From contig NW_003314264.1 of assembly GCF_000143415.4 (NCBI RefSeq), positions 746,014 to 810,013 of the forward strand: a DNA stretch of 64,000 nucleotides, in the 5' to 3' direction. Shown piece after piece: positions 24,821 through 36,517 of this stretch (its first letter is position 1; every line of letters begins with the position of its first letter). The DNA is from Selaginella moellendorffii (lineage: Eukaryota > Plantae > Lycopodiophyta). The notes beneath the pieces are model-generated. The model was given only the letters and a program-made list of their open reading frames with translations, was not told the origin of the DNA and did not search any database. Made by a program: the position numbers and the translations under genes.

Positions 24821-26480
24821 CGCTTTTGTAACTGGAAGGACACATCAGGACGTCCTTCGGACTTCAACATGATACGACTTTGTCCAACACCAAAAATCCC
24901 TTTTATATATTTGTTGAAAAAGTCCATGCCAAACACCATCTGAAAATCTACTATCTTCAACACTACCAAGTCCACTCTTTCTTTCCACTTGGATATTTTT
25001 ATTGGAACATCACTCACAAATTTTCTGGCTACTTGCCCACCTTCTGCAAACCGGAAGTGCATAGGTGACATTTGCTCAGTATTCAATCCTAACAACTTAA
25101 CTAAGTCTTCGGATACCATGCTGTGCGTAGCTCCCATGTCAACCATCACTCAGATTTGGTGTCTGCGGACAAAGCCTACCAGATACATCAACGGATCAGT
25201 GTTTGCATTGACTGTGAGAAAAGCTTGAGGAAAGCAACGAAAGTAACTCACCTCCTCTTCCTCATAGTCTGCATTGACCAACTCGTTAACCCCTTCAGCT
25301 TCGCCACCACCGTCTTCCCTCATGACATTAACCCGAGACATTGTCTTATGCTTGTTGGGACATTCTGAGGACCTATGTCCTAACTCTCCACAATGGAAGT
25401 AATGACCCACACTACCTATTCTGCTAGGGGCAGGTTTCCCAGGTTGCTACTGCTTGTACCCACCAAGAGGAGGAACAAAGGTCCTAGGACCAGAAGAAGA
25501 TGCTGATGATCTCCAACCACCACCACCTTTGTTAACCGTTTCTTGTGAGCCTCTAGGGTGGAACCTGCCTTCCACCCTCTGTTTCCGATCACCTTGTTTA
25601 TTCCCAGAATTCCTATTCTTATCCGAGTTACCAGCATATGGTTGCTGATATTGTTCCATAAGCGAGTGACTAAAGGCAACTTGCTGCACTACCTCCTTAC
25701 ACTCCAGGTACGCCTTCGACTTAAACTTCAAAATCTCATTGCGAGAAAGTGAACTTAAGCCCTCCAGAAAATAACTTCGTGCATCTTCATCACTCATATT
25801 TGCAATCATAATGCACTTCTAAGCAAACACTTTAATGTAATGCATGAGATCCCCTCGTTGCTTTAACCGCCACAGCTCTGTGAGAAGTCTCAGACCAAGA
25901 TCATCCAGCAAGTATTCCTTACGGATGCGAGACCGCATCTTGGTCCAACTTCTAATCTGCCCTTTTTTAGCACACACCTAGCGCCACCAAGTTTTGGCAT
26001 GATTGGTGAGAAAGGATTGCGTGCACGCAACTTTCATACGATCATCTACATCTGCCGCTATGAAATAATTTTCCATATTGTAGACCCAGTCCTCCAAAAC
26101 CTTATAGTCCCGCATGCCTCTGAAATTGGGTGGTTTCAGGGGCTTGAATTTTGAAACTCGTGCAACCATGGGCAGCTGTAGAACTTCATCGTCCTCAAAA
26201 CTTGAAGAGAAGTCCAGTTGCTTAGGCTTAGCTAATTTAGTTGCCTCATCTTCTTTCTTCCTCTTCTTATTCTCTTTCTTCAATTTGCGAATCTCCCTTC
26301 GCAAATTCTTGATCTTGACTTCCTGAGCCGTACGCTACAACGCTGCAGCATCTGGCTCTTCCTCTTCTAACTCAACCTCAGCCTCTCTTCCGCAGCATCT
26401 CTAGCAGGAGTTTTCTCCTCTCGATTCGCCCGTCTAGAGGTTTCAACATCATCAGCATGGTTCCTTTTCACCATCTTGCT
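24821..26480 (-). pseudogene. Gypsy gag and aspartic protease
   Basis: KPPNFRG...WVYNMENYF...AKTWW (gag), FHCGELGHRSSECP zinc knuckle, VDMGATHS (mutated DTGA), VFGMDF. Confidence 0.9.
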
Positions 26481-26665
26481 AGCTGCATGCATGTCTCTAT
26501 CAATAACTAAACATGCTTACAACGTTCTTACCGAATGGTGCAATCCAACTAATCCTACACAGGTTGCTTTGGATCTACTAAAAAAGTCTCTGCATATGCA
26601 ACTTGAGTCAGAAAATCCGACAAAAGTTGGATAGGAATCACTAAGACAATTCCTCTGATACCAAA

Positions 26666-27592
26666 TGTAGCACACTTGAATTTGGAGCCAAACTCCAAGC
26701 CCGTTGTGCTATGAATGAGGGTCGGGTATAATCCCACAAGCACCAGCTCCCCGTATCCAGCACCTGCACACAAAATAGTGTCAGACAGAGTCTGGAACAA
26801 TTTTGGCATACCAGTGGCCTAACGCAAGGAGGAGGGTACCCCACCGACTAGAGCAGCATGGAGTTTGGGCTTAGACCCAAGCTGGACGCAGAACAAGGAG
26901 CAGCACAACCCAGCAGAAGCCAAACTAATGTCTTAGGTGGTCAGACATGCATTCCAACCACTATCCCTACTATATATTTGGAACCCTCCACAGCTCCCCC
27001 CCCCCCCTCCCCCCCCTCAGGAACACACACTTTCAGCTTTCACCCCAATCCCTTAGTACCAGGAGTTAGTCTCTGGGACAAGCTCAAAACTTACTAAATA
27101 TGGAATGGCGTTAGATTGCGCATTTAGACACGGGATGAACACCATTGTGTTCGGGCTAATCTCTACATTCCGTAGATATGCCAAATGCGCTAATCTAGAC
27201 ACTTTCCATAAATAGCATTTGGGATCGAAATAAGATCAACAAAAAAGGCGTGATAGCGAGGGTGTTTGGCAGACATGGTAAACTATCATCCAGCGATATT
27301 AAGGGACTAGTCTCAATACATAAGGGTTCTTGTCACTAGCAAGTGCAACACAAAACAAGACGGAAACTCCTTACTGGGCTAAGTATGCTTAGCTAATAGC
27401 ACGTAGGAATTCTGTCCTTATGCTTGTCCGGTCTAAGTACACTCAAAATGCTCAGTTGACTCCACTAGCACAAGAGGGGCTACTAAAGGGTTCCAACTGT
27501 ACCAACCTCCTGGCGTCATGGTAGTAAGGAAAGAGTGTTCGTAAGGATTGGCCGATAAGTATCTTTCAATACCCGAAGTTACATTCGCGACA
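26666..27592 (-). repeat. 5' LTR of the chromovirus
   Basis: TGTAGCAC...CGCGACA; PBS adjacent on the internal side; TSD follows. Confidence 0.93.
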
Positions 27593-28059
27593 GTTCCATG
27601 GCAAAGATTTTGCTTTGCCAAGTCTAAAGGGTGTTCATACTTAATAAGTCTCTTTAGCATTTTCTATTATGGGTTTTATTACGGCTCAACTTAATGACCC
27701 ACCTATAAATCCCTTTCTTATACTCGCAATAACACTGCATTGTTGCAGTTCTTTCCCACTTGGTACTTTGATAAAGCCACACTATTACTAATAGCTCAAG
27801 TCAACACTTTGAACTAAGAATTTTATTCTTTAACTTCATAAAGACCTTGTCCTTGTTTTAGCCATAAGATCACTTAGTGATCTAACTTTGGCACTTTAAC
27901 AGGTTTGCAAATAAATACTAAATCTTCCAGACATTTAACTTATTGACCATGACCTCGGGGGCATCCCCCACATTTGGTGGTGCACCCAAGCTAGCCCTTC
28001 CAACCAAGGACCCATAGCAACTAAAACTAAGTGTCCCCATCTCATTCACCATGACCTTG

Positions 28060-29020
28060 GTGTAGGGGGTTCCAAAAGTATAGTAGGAAGAGTGTAGGGG
28101 TTGGATCCCAATGGAGCCAGTTTGGCCAAAAAAGGCTAGTTTGGCCCAAGAAGGCTATGCCTAGGTGCTAGGCAATGAGATAACCACTGGGAAGTCCAAA
28201 GCTAGAGTGAATATGAACTAACAAGTGGGATAGTTTAGTGAAGTGTTTAAAAGCTAACTCTAATTCCCTCGAGAGATTGAATGGTCGATGCTTCCAGTCC
28301 AAGTGTGGGTGGCACTACCTACTTGGATATCTGGTGTGGCTTAACGAAATCTTGCTCTAAGCCCATGGCTAGAGCACCCAAAGGCGAAAGGCGAGGAGAG
28401 TACCCATGAGGCTCACATAGGGCCACGATGTTCCAAAATGTTATCCCAAAGTCCCGGATGGTGAAAAGGAAGAGGAGTAGTTATTGGTGTAGTGACCAAG
28501 GATGCAGTCACATAACAAGGAAATCCTAGAGAACAAAGGGACTTAGTGGTCAAGCCTGTGAGTCTTGATCTAGTGGCAGTGTTAGCTAATACGGCCATAG
28601 ACAGAAAGGGACTTGGTAGGGACTGGAAAAGAGATATTAGGGAAGGCTATTCCCCATGTCTGCAGACATCCTAAAGATACCAAGGAGTGGATCTAGTATG
28701 GTCATTCATGGATGGATGGCCTAGTCTTTGAGAGACGGGACTATGATGTAGGTGGTGTTGGACCACCAGTGTGATCAAGGTGAATGGGCATGGCCTTAGC
28801 GTAACGGGTTGATATGTTGGTGGTACCTTAAGTGCCAGTCATGGGATCGGGCACGTGGAGCACTTAGACTAAGTGCAAAGGTTGTGTGGCATGGATGCTA
28901 TTCTCGGGGTTAGCAAGCCCTAAGTCCTGAATTGGACTTATAGATGTAAATGAAACTCCTTTAAGTGGTTGGAGATATGGTTAAGTGGCTAAAGTAGAAT
29001 GGAAAAATTAGTTGTTTACA
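28060..29020 (+). repeat. Inverted copy of the first part of the 6904 LTR-like block, with ~0.7 kb extra internal sequence
   Basis: 28905-29020 is the reverse-complement match of 6904-7020; 28060-28230 matches 7030-7200. Confidence 0.7.
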
Positions 29021-29303
29021 TAGACTCCATCTCGAATTCCATTTTAGGTCCATTTTGGACTCTATCTTAAACTTCTTCTTGGACTCTATCTTGGGTCCCT
29101 CTTGTGTCCCTTTTTTAGAGATTCATTTATTGTTTGCTTCGTGCTTATTCTTCGAACACTCCGTTGGGAGTTCCACTTCTGCTCTTGACTTTTCGAATTG
29201 GAGATTTTAGTCCAAATGTGTTACACTCATTTGGCTCCTACTTCAACCACTACATAGCACCCTTTTAGCTCCTTTTTGGGGCCTAGGGATTTTATGTCTC
29301 ACA

Positions 29304-29975
29304 AAGGGGTGTATTTTTATTCATGGGCCCTTTTCTTTTATATTTGAACCTTTATGGATCATCTTTTAAATCATTCTCTTTTATTGTTTACATCTCACGT
29401 AATTGACCAAAAGTACACTTAATCTCATTATTATATAGTTTATTTTCTTGCAATTTTTAAAACACTAACTCGAAGTGTTTCAAATGATCCTCTAACTTTT
29501 CACTAAAGACTAGAATGTTATTGATATACAAAACAACAACAAATGTGTCTAAATAATTTTTAAATATTCTATAGCATCTTCAACAGGAGATTCCTCCCCT
29601 TGATTTGCTTGGCTTTTCAATGACTTTTTATAATCATATTAATTTAGTCATGTTAAGTATGCTTAACTAATAGTATTTTAGAATTCTGTCCTTATACTCT
29701 TATGGTTAAATATATATGTGATTAGTTCCTCAACTAACTTAGGCAGAGATTAATAAAAGGGACTAGTAATACTGACCTCTTGTCATCATAATAGTGTAAG
29801 AAACTAAAGATAACAATTTGATAAATGATTCAATGGGTAAAGGGAAAAAATTTATAAATAAGAGTGCACTTTTTTTTCCAATCAGTTCAAGATTTTAAGT
29901 AGGGTTAAGCATACTTGGGTTTTGAGCTGGAGTTACTAGGTTGGATGACTTCTAGAAGTCCAAAATTAAGAACTA
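29304..29975. mobile_element. Remainder of the interrupted Cassandra LTR (29304-29392), Gypsy RT/LTR relic (29392-29800) and an inverted decayed Cassandra LTR (29820-29975)
   Basis: Similarity to 6411-6498, 13125-13300 and 10080-10240. GGGTTAAGCATACTTGGG...GGATGACTT is on the plus strand. Confidence 0.65.
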
Positions 29976-32683
29976 TATATATAATATCTTTTTAATTTAT
30001 TTTTATTTTAAACTTAAACTCCTATAAGATTAGAAACCAGCAAGTCACTTTCTCTATCCTATATAGCTTTAAAATATTTGTAAACAAGGCCATTTTAAGC
30101 ATATGATATGAGAAAAAAAAACCTAAGAATATAGGAATCTTTATGCTTTATTTCATCAAATATAAAACATGCCTCTTGCCTATACAGCTACTTAAGCAAA
30201 AAGAATCTGCATTGCTCTCATCTAAAAGATTCTTCTAAATTAGTTAAAAATGACAAATGATTTACATAAAATCATCAATTGCTTATGAAAGTCTTCCTCT
30301 CTTTTGCAAATCTAAAATTCAAAGAGCATTTACATCCTTGTTCCCCCAATTTCTAATCCTTGTTTATATAACCAGTTGATATATATTTTTATTATCAACA
30401 ATAACACTAGATGCTTGCTTGGTTTCCTGCCACAAAAGAAAACTAAAACTGAAAAACAAACTTTAATATAAAAAAAACTTTTTCTTTCCTTCCAATTGAT
30501 CTCCTTGAGATTAGTATATAATAATTATTGTGCTAATTGCCTTCTTTGAAAGAAAAGAAAAAGAAATTAAATCCATCTCCTATAAAAGAAAAAATGGCAT
30601 ACTTCATCCTGTGTTTAGGGCTCCATTCCTCCTTGGTACTTCCAATAAGAATCTCTATAAAAATAGTACCCGAATCTCTACCCAATAGTAGTTTGATTTA
30701 CAAATGGACTGAACCCTAGAAAACCTAAATTAATTTCTTCTCAGAAATATTTGAAGTTTCTAAATCTTTTTTATCAGGAAAGATTAAGCAAAATTTTCAG
30801 ATTAACCAAATGTTCTTCTCAGGTAGTATAAAACAAATATTTCCTATTGGAAGACATTTTTTCTGCCATGAGATTTTTGCTGTTGGGAGGCTGTTATGAG
30901 ATTTACCCATTGGCAAAATGTGTACCTATCAGTGTATTTATATGATGCAATCAGGAAATCACTATAAGGAGTAATATTTCTTCGTCTCTTCTCATTTTTC
31001 TGCTTTGTTCTTTACTTTTCTACTTTCTACTCAATAGTGCAAGAGATGGCAAGCAATAATCTAAGGAATGCATCAATAGTGGAGGATAATCTCGTCACAG
31101 AATTGAGGACACCCACATTGATGGCATGGAAGAGCAAGAAGTGCAAGAATGACAAGGCCACAAGTATCACTTGCAAGGGGAATGAGTTGATAATCAAAAT
31201 ATCAACTCATAATAGTGTTATTTTTGCAAGTTACTAGTGTTTGCAAGAGGAATCAGTCGATAATCAAAATATCAGCTCATAATAGTGTTATGTTTGCAGT
31301 TACTAGTCATTTAAGCATCATCCATTCTCTAGCGCCAAATTTTCCAAATGTTGCTTACTTGCATAGTGTGTTAGTGCATGGTGCTTTAGCAATGCAATAT
31401 AGGAGTCCTACTAGCCTTATTTTTTGCAACAACTGCTTGCGCCTTCTCTCTATAATAGCCAGTGGTGGGATTTAACTAGGTACATTGTTTTTCGGATGCT
31501 TGGTGACATTTTTTTTCCTAATTTGGCCAAGCAATCTTTTGTCCATGCATAATTCCAAAAGCAACTCATTCTCTCTGTGATCACCAATGCATCAGCCCAT
31601 GTTCATGTAAGTAAGCTATAAAGTTCTTACTTCTTCTAATTTGCAGCTAGAACTGACTTTTTCATCTTCTTCAATGTTAGGGCTCTAGAAAGACTTTTTG
31701 AAGAATGAGAGGATTTATAAATCCTAGATGACAAAAGACCATTGAACACAACTAACAATCAACGAACTCAAACTGTGGTGCCTGCAAAACAATCGGGTAG
31801 TTTGTGTATTTAAAGTCGATCTCTTTCCCCTCACATTCGGATCTATACTGAAAAAGGCCGTGCTCAATCATAGAGTCAACTGTGTCCTGGAAATTCTCTA
31901 GTGTCTACTTTTCGTCAGCATCCCGAGCGAAAGATCGAATTGAGTGTGCTAATGGCACGGACGCTTGCTTCTTTTTTCCAGCTTCCTGCACTCCATTTAC
32001 ACTAGCCTGCTTCACTCATTGGCACAAATCCTGCAGCAACGAAGCCCTGCCGCTTGACTAGTCAAACATCGCATCCCACAAAGCTTCCACCCTAGCATTC
32101 CTCTCGGATACAAAAGCCAACGCCTCATCCTTGGGATATTTCTTACGCGCCGGCAGGTGAATCCACCGCAAGCTGACGAGAGCAGCACAACATTCGCCTT
32201 GCACTCATCCTTGGAGATATTGACCAGCTTCTTCATCAGCTTGTCAACCTCACTAAGCTCCCAGTATGATCAAGAACGTTGGCCTCGTCAATGAAGACGG
32301 TTGGAAAAACACCTATGTAGCCATTCAGAGAAGTTCATAGGTGTTTGCAATGATTACCCAACTTCTATCGTTCCACCGTAGAATGATAAGTCAGTCCCGT
32401 CGATCCCGTCCAAATAATAGACATACTCGCTGCAAGGCGCCTTCTCCAGATCGGCATCCACTTGGGTTATCGAGAGTCTTGCCAACTCATGAACCACGGC
32501 CGACTTTCCCGAGTCTTTTGACCGACGGTGACCAGCTGAGGGTCGCCCAGCTAACTCAATTGGAAACATTACTAAACCCATGTGATACAGATAATTATCA
32601 ATTAACTTCCAACAAAGGTTTTAAAGATAACATTTTCAGCAATGTAATTCACACAGGTAAGGAAGGTCCCTCCAACTTTCAAT

Positions 32684-33419
32684 TCAAAGCCCGGTGTGAG
32701 TACCGGTGTGGGTGCCGGGGACGTGAGCTCCCGTGCCAGTATGGCCGGTGCCGGTGTGGGTGCCCGTGCCAGTATGGCCGGTGGCGGCCGACAGGGGGTT
32801 GTGTGTGCCGGTGTGAGTCCCCGTGCCAGTATGACCGGTGGCGCCCGACAGGGGGTTGTGTGTGCCGGTGTGTGTGCCAGTATGAGTCCCCGTGCCAGTA
32901 TGACCGGTGCCGGTCGACAGAGGATTGTGTGTGCCGGTGGTGTGGCCGAGCCCCGTATCGTGGTGCCCAATCCCGTGCTTCTTCTCCTCCGCCTTGGCGA
33001 TGTTCTCCGCCTGCTTCTCGTGGAGGTGTCCCGCCGCCTCCGCCTCCTTCATGTGCTTCCTCTCCTTGGCCTCGTGCTTCTCGGCCTTGTTGTGCGCGGT
33101 CACCTTTTCAGCCTGAACGAAGACCACACCAATGAATTGATCAGCACAAAGCTCAATCGATCGATATGAGAGACAACGACACGACAATCGCTCGGACCAT
33201 CTAATAACAAATATAAAAGATACTACTCAATTCGGTTCATTAGAGACACCAACGTGAAGCATTTTGAGATCGAGCAAACATCCCGGATTGAAAAAAGGGG
33301 GAAGATCTCACCTTCTCGGTGCCCGAGGCCTTAGCCGAATCCATCTTCTCCCCGGCCTTGGCCATCGCGTTGCCGGTCTTCTCCTGCACTGCGGCGGTGG
33401 CATTCCTAACACCCTGCAT
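32684..33419 (-). CDS. Late embryogenesis abundant protein, LEA_1 (group 4) family, with Gly/Thr/His repeat tail; exons 33419-33312 and 33112-32684
   Basis: MQGVRNATAAVQEKTGNAMAKAGEKMDSAKASGTEK spliced in frame (GT-AG) to AEKVTAHNKAEKHEAKERK; HTGTG repeats. Confidence 0.85.
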
Positions 33420-33519
33420 CTTCGAACACCTTTCGAATCAAACGATCTCGACTAGAAATCTCTTCGCTGATCTGATCACAACCAAAAGAACTAGAATGCG
33501 TCACGTTCTCTATCCATAG

Positions 33520-33720
33520 CGCTTATATACACATCGCCCAGGCTAGAACCACGCGCCACGTATCGACCATCCTAGTGACGACACGTGCATTTCTTATGTG
33601 ACGTGTCTCTCATGCACTGGCCTGCGCTGGCGAGCGGCCATTGACGGAAAAGGCATCTTCTTAGAATGTATTACATATTGGCGAGGGAATAATCTTCTCT
33701 CACTAGGTAGTACGTGGCTT
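33520..33720 (-). promoter_or_regulatory. LEA promoter: TATA box plus ABRE cluster and RY-like motif
   Basis: TATATAAG on minus at ~33522. ACGTGGC/ACGTGTC at 33555, 33580, 33601 and 33712. CATGCA at 33611. Confidence 0.7.
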
Positions 33721-33799
33721 ATTTTGAGTGGGATCTCTTTTCTGAGGTGTCCTTGAGCGAAGGTTGAGCTGATAATTCACTGGAAATTTGCGAGCTATC

Positions 33800-35592
33800 T
33801 GGCGATGGTGATTCTAAAGAGCTAAGATCATCGCTCGAGCTAGCTTGAGCCTGTAGAAGTAGAAAAGCAAAAACACAAAGACACATATATCGCTTAAGAT
33901 CTCGAGAAACTAAACTTTTCAGAGCGATCGAAACTTACGTGTGAGAGATTGCTGCTCCAAATCATCCCACCGCTGCTGCTGCTGCTGCTGTTGTTCTCGA
34001 GAGCTGGCTGACAATACAAGTTCGTCAATCCAGACGATGAAAAGTTCCTGCCAAGATCCACACTCGTTGGAAGAAAGCTCGAGCTATAAACTCCAAGTAT
34101 ATCGGCAAGACCACCTTGAAAAACACCGGTGCTAGGCGACTCGGGCTTCAGCGGACACGGCAAAACCACACCCATGAGAGGTCCGCTGGCCAGAGAAACA
34201 CCCGAGGCCGGGGAAACCAGAGGAAGCGAGAAACCCAGAGGAGGAAGGAGCGGAGGTGGCGGCCCGACTGACACGAAAGAAGCGGCTGCCGAGGACGAAA
34301 CCAGCGATGGAAGGTGAGAAGTGAAAGTCGAGTACTGCAAAGCCGAGGCGGCTCCAAGCGGACATGGGCAGTAGTAAGGAGCCACGACTGCCGAGAGAGG
34401 AACGCTAGGAACACTTACGGAGCCACTTACTAGGAGCGGGAATGGAACGAAGGTCTGTGGGAGTGATCCAAGGATTCTCTGCGCGAAAGCCTTCTTGTCG
34501 AGCTCTCCCGAGCTTCTCAGCAGCCGCTGGCTCTGGTTGAGTGAGAAGAGCGTCGCGGCGATGGAGCTGGAGCCAGGAACAGTGGTGGAAGTCGACGAGG
34601 CGAGGCCAAAGGACATGCCTATTGCTGCTGCCGCAAGCGCTTGCGAGCACACTGCGCTTGGAGCATCGTCTCCTTCACTCGAACAAACAAATGGATTGCT
34701 CAAACTTGGAAGTGGCAAAGAACCTGGCAGCAGAGCTTCTGGGCCGGAAGGAAACGAGGACGAAGAAGACGGTGGCAAAGTTTGCAAGCCGCTGGCGATC
34801 GACTTGAGACGCGACTCGTGGATGCCTGTCTGCTGACACAAGGTTGGCCTTTGTTGCAAGATATCTTTCATCTGTAGCACAACAAAGGCACGAACGTTTT
34901 TCTTTAGCTCTTCTCTAGAACAGACAAAAAGGGATGAAGAAAAATGTGACTGACCTTGAGGACTAACTCATCTCCACGAGCTTTGGACTTTTCCGATTGC
35001 CAGAAGAACACCGATCTGTTTGAGGCGAGTTTGAGGACGAAGGATCTGCCGGAAGAGTCCGTAGCGATTTCTTGCAGCTCAACTGGAAAAGAGCCTTGGA
35101 TTGGTGACGAAGAAACTAGAGCCAGTCTTTCGATCGTCCCATCATCGCCCAGGAATGAGAGACGTAAGTCGGAGCTGGGCAGCATCGTCAGATCGAGGTG
35201 ACCCCTGCGGCAAAAGAAAAGAGAAGAGTAAACCACCCAGCCTTTGGAAATCACAAAGATCTTACGCTATACCTTGAATTTGTTGGACGGAGAAAGTAGC
35301 CATGGCTGACAATTCTTCCAACGCGAATCGAGACGAGAGGGGCACATAGACACCGAGCAAGCGTGGCGACTTCCTCCGAAGAGAATTTCTCGCTGTTTGA
35401 CGACGAAGCAGCAGCATCCAATGACGAGCTAGACAAGGAGATTGCCACAAACCCTGAATCCGCCGCTGGGCGTGGTGAAGCATCGGATCCGGAGCAAGCA
35501 CTATCCGACGATGGATTGGAGCCGTCTGGTCTCTCAACATCCGCCGCATTCGCCTTACCGCATTCCCAGCCGCTGTTCTTATCAGCGTCCAT
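33800..35592 (-). CDS. Conserved plant protein of unknown function (At2g39950-like) with Ser/Pro-rich C-terminus; 3' end approximate
   Basis: Exons join LCAPLVSIRVGRI / RGHLDLTMLPSSDLRLSF...SGRSFVLK...FFWQSEKSKARGDEL / MKDILQQRPTL with GT-AG introns. Confidence 0.7.
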
Positions 35593-35786
35593 CGCCACCA
35601 GCCCTAACCTAGGGAAATATTCGGCGAATACTTTAAATCGATTCTTTATGCAAGGGTTTGTAAATGAATAAAATCTTCTCTGACTCAATTTATTTTAATT
35701 TTAACAAACATGATGTTTTACTATTCAGATTTTTCACTCTGACACCAATATATTTACTAATTTGTAATAATAATCCGAAATATATT

Positions 35787-36225
35787 TCATAAGCATGCAG
35801 TCAGTGTTCCATCCATATTGCCAATAAATTCATTGAGATCAATCTTCTTGATATCACCCCCACACTGTGTTACTAATATGTGCTTGTCCTCTAAGGTTAC
35901 ACCACTGCAGGATCCCAGGAAATTACCAAACTCTTTTCGGTGCAAGTTGTGGTCTGCAGCAAACTGCACCAAATCATTCAGGTCCAAGTCTGTGCCATGG
36001 GTAGATTTGTCCTTCTTGATGCAATTTCCATTCAGCCAGGAACCATCCTTGATCACAACATCGTCGCAAGTCTCTGAGTAGTCCTTGACGTCCTCGTTGC
36101 ACTATCAACAGAGAATTAAGAAATTTTCCCACTGCCAACATGAAATTTACATGGGGCCTTTCAACTAGTATGGCACTTGCAGTGACGATCAAAGCAAATA
36201 GTATTAGAGGAGAAGCATAGCCCAT
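35787..36225 (-). CDS. Secreted cyanovirin-N homology (CVNH) lectin, ~129 aa; exons 36225-36151 and 36101-35787
   Basis: Signal peptide MGYASPLILFALIVTASA, a 49 nt GT-AG intron, then two CVNH-type repeats: YSETC..L.GNC..LDLND / FLGSC..L.TQC..IDLNEFIGNMDGTL. Confidence 0.85.
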
Positions 36226-36517
36226 GCCTTGGTTGCTAAAACTATATGAGAAGCTCCGCAATAGTTTATTTTGGTTGAATTTAACAATGACATAGGAATA
36301 CAGAAATATACATAGCCTATGTACAGGAGCGGCAAGAATCGCAATATTATTTCGAACCACGTGGAGTAATATCCATTTATCTATATAGAACTTTACAATA
36401 ATTAAACCAAGCAGAATCAAATATAATTCTTTTCGCATATCTCTTTTAGCCCCTGCATTTTAGGGTTTCTCTTTTAACTTAGGGGACTTAGAGGAGGAGG
36501 AGGAGAGATCTCTGGCG

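Larger units (their letters stand above)
8758..27592 (-). mobile_element. Full-length Ty3/Gypsy chromovirus LTR retrotransposon (defective) with two nested insertions
   Basis: LTRs 26666-27592 and 8758-10295 (TGT...ACA). TSD GTTCC at 8753-8757 and 27593-27597. tRNA-iMet PBS (TGGTATCAGAG on minus) at 26653-26663. PPT at 10296-10306. Order gag-PR-RT-RH-IN-chromodomain. Confidence 0.95.
6904..29303 (-). mobile_element. Older LTR element (outer host) interrupting a Cassandra LTR
   Basis: Left LTR-like block 6904-7966 (TGT...CACA) is followed by a PPT-like ACTCCACCACCC. Its last ~280 bp recur at 29021-29303. Flanks AAAGG/AAGGG form an imperfect TSD. No recognisable intact coding region. Confidence 0.6.

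Noticed and set aside
30000-32600. Short ORFs between the transposon block and the LEA gene
   Set aside because: No recognisable motifs or consistent splice structure; possibly a decayed gene, but unsupported.
32341-33135. Cys-rich 264 aa ORF resembling a metallothionein
   Set aside because: Antisense reading of the LEA Gly/Thr/His repeat.
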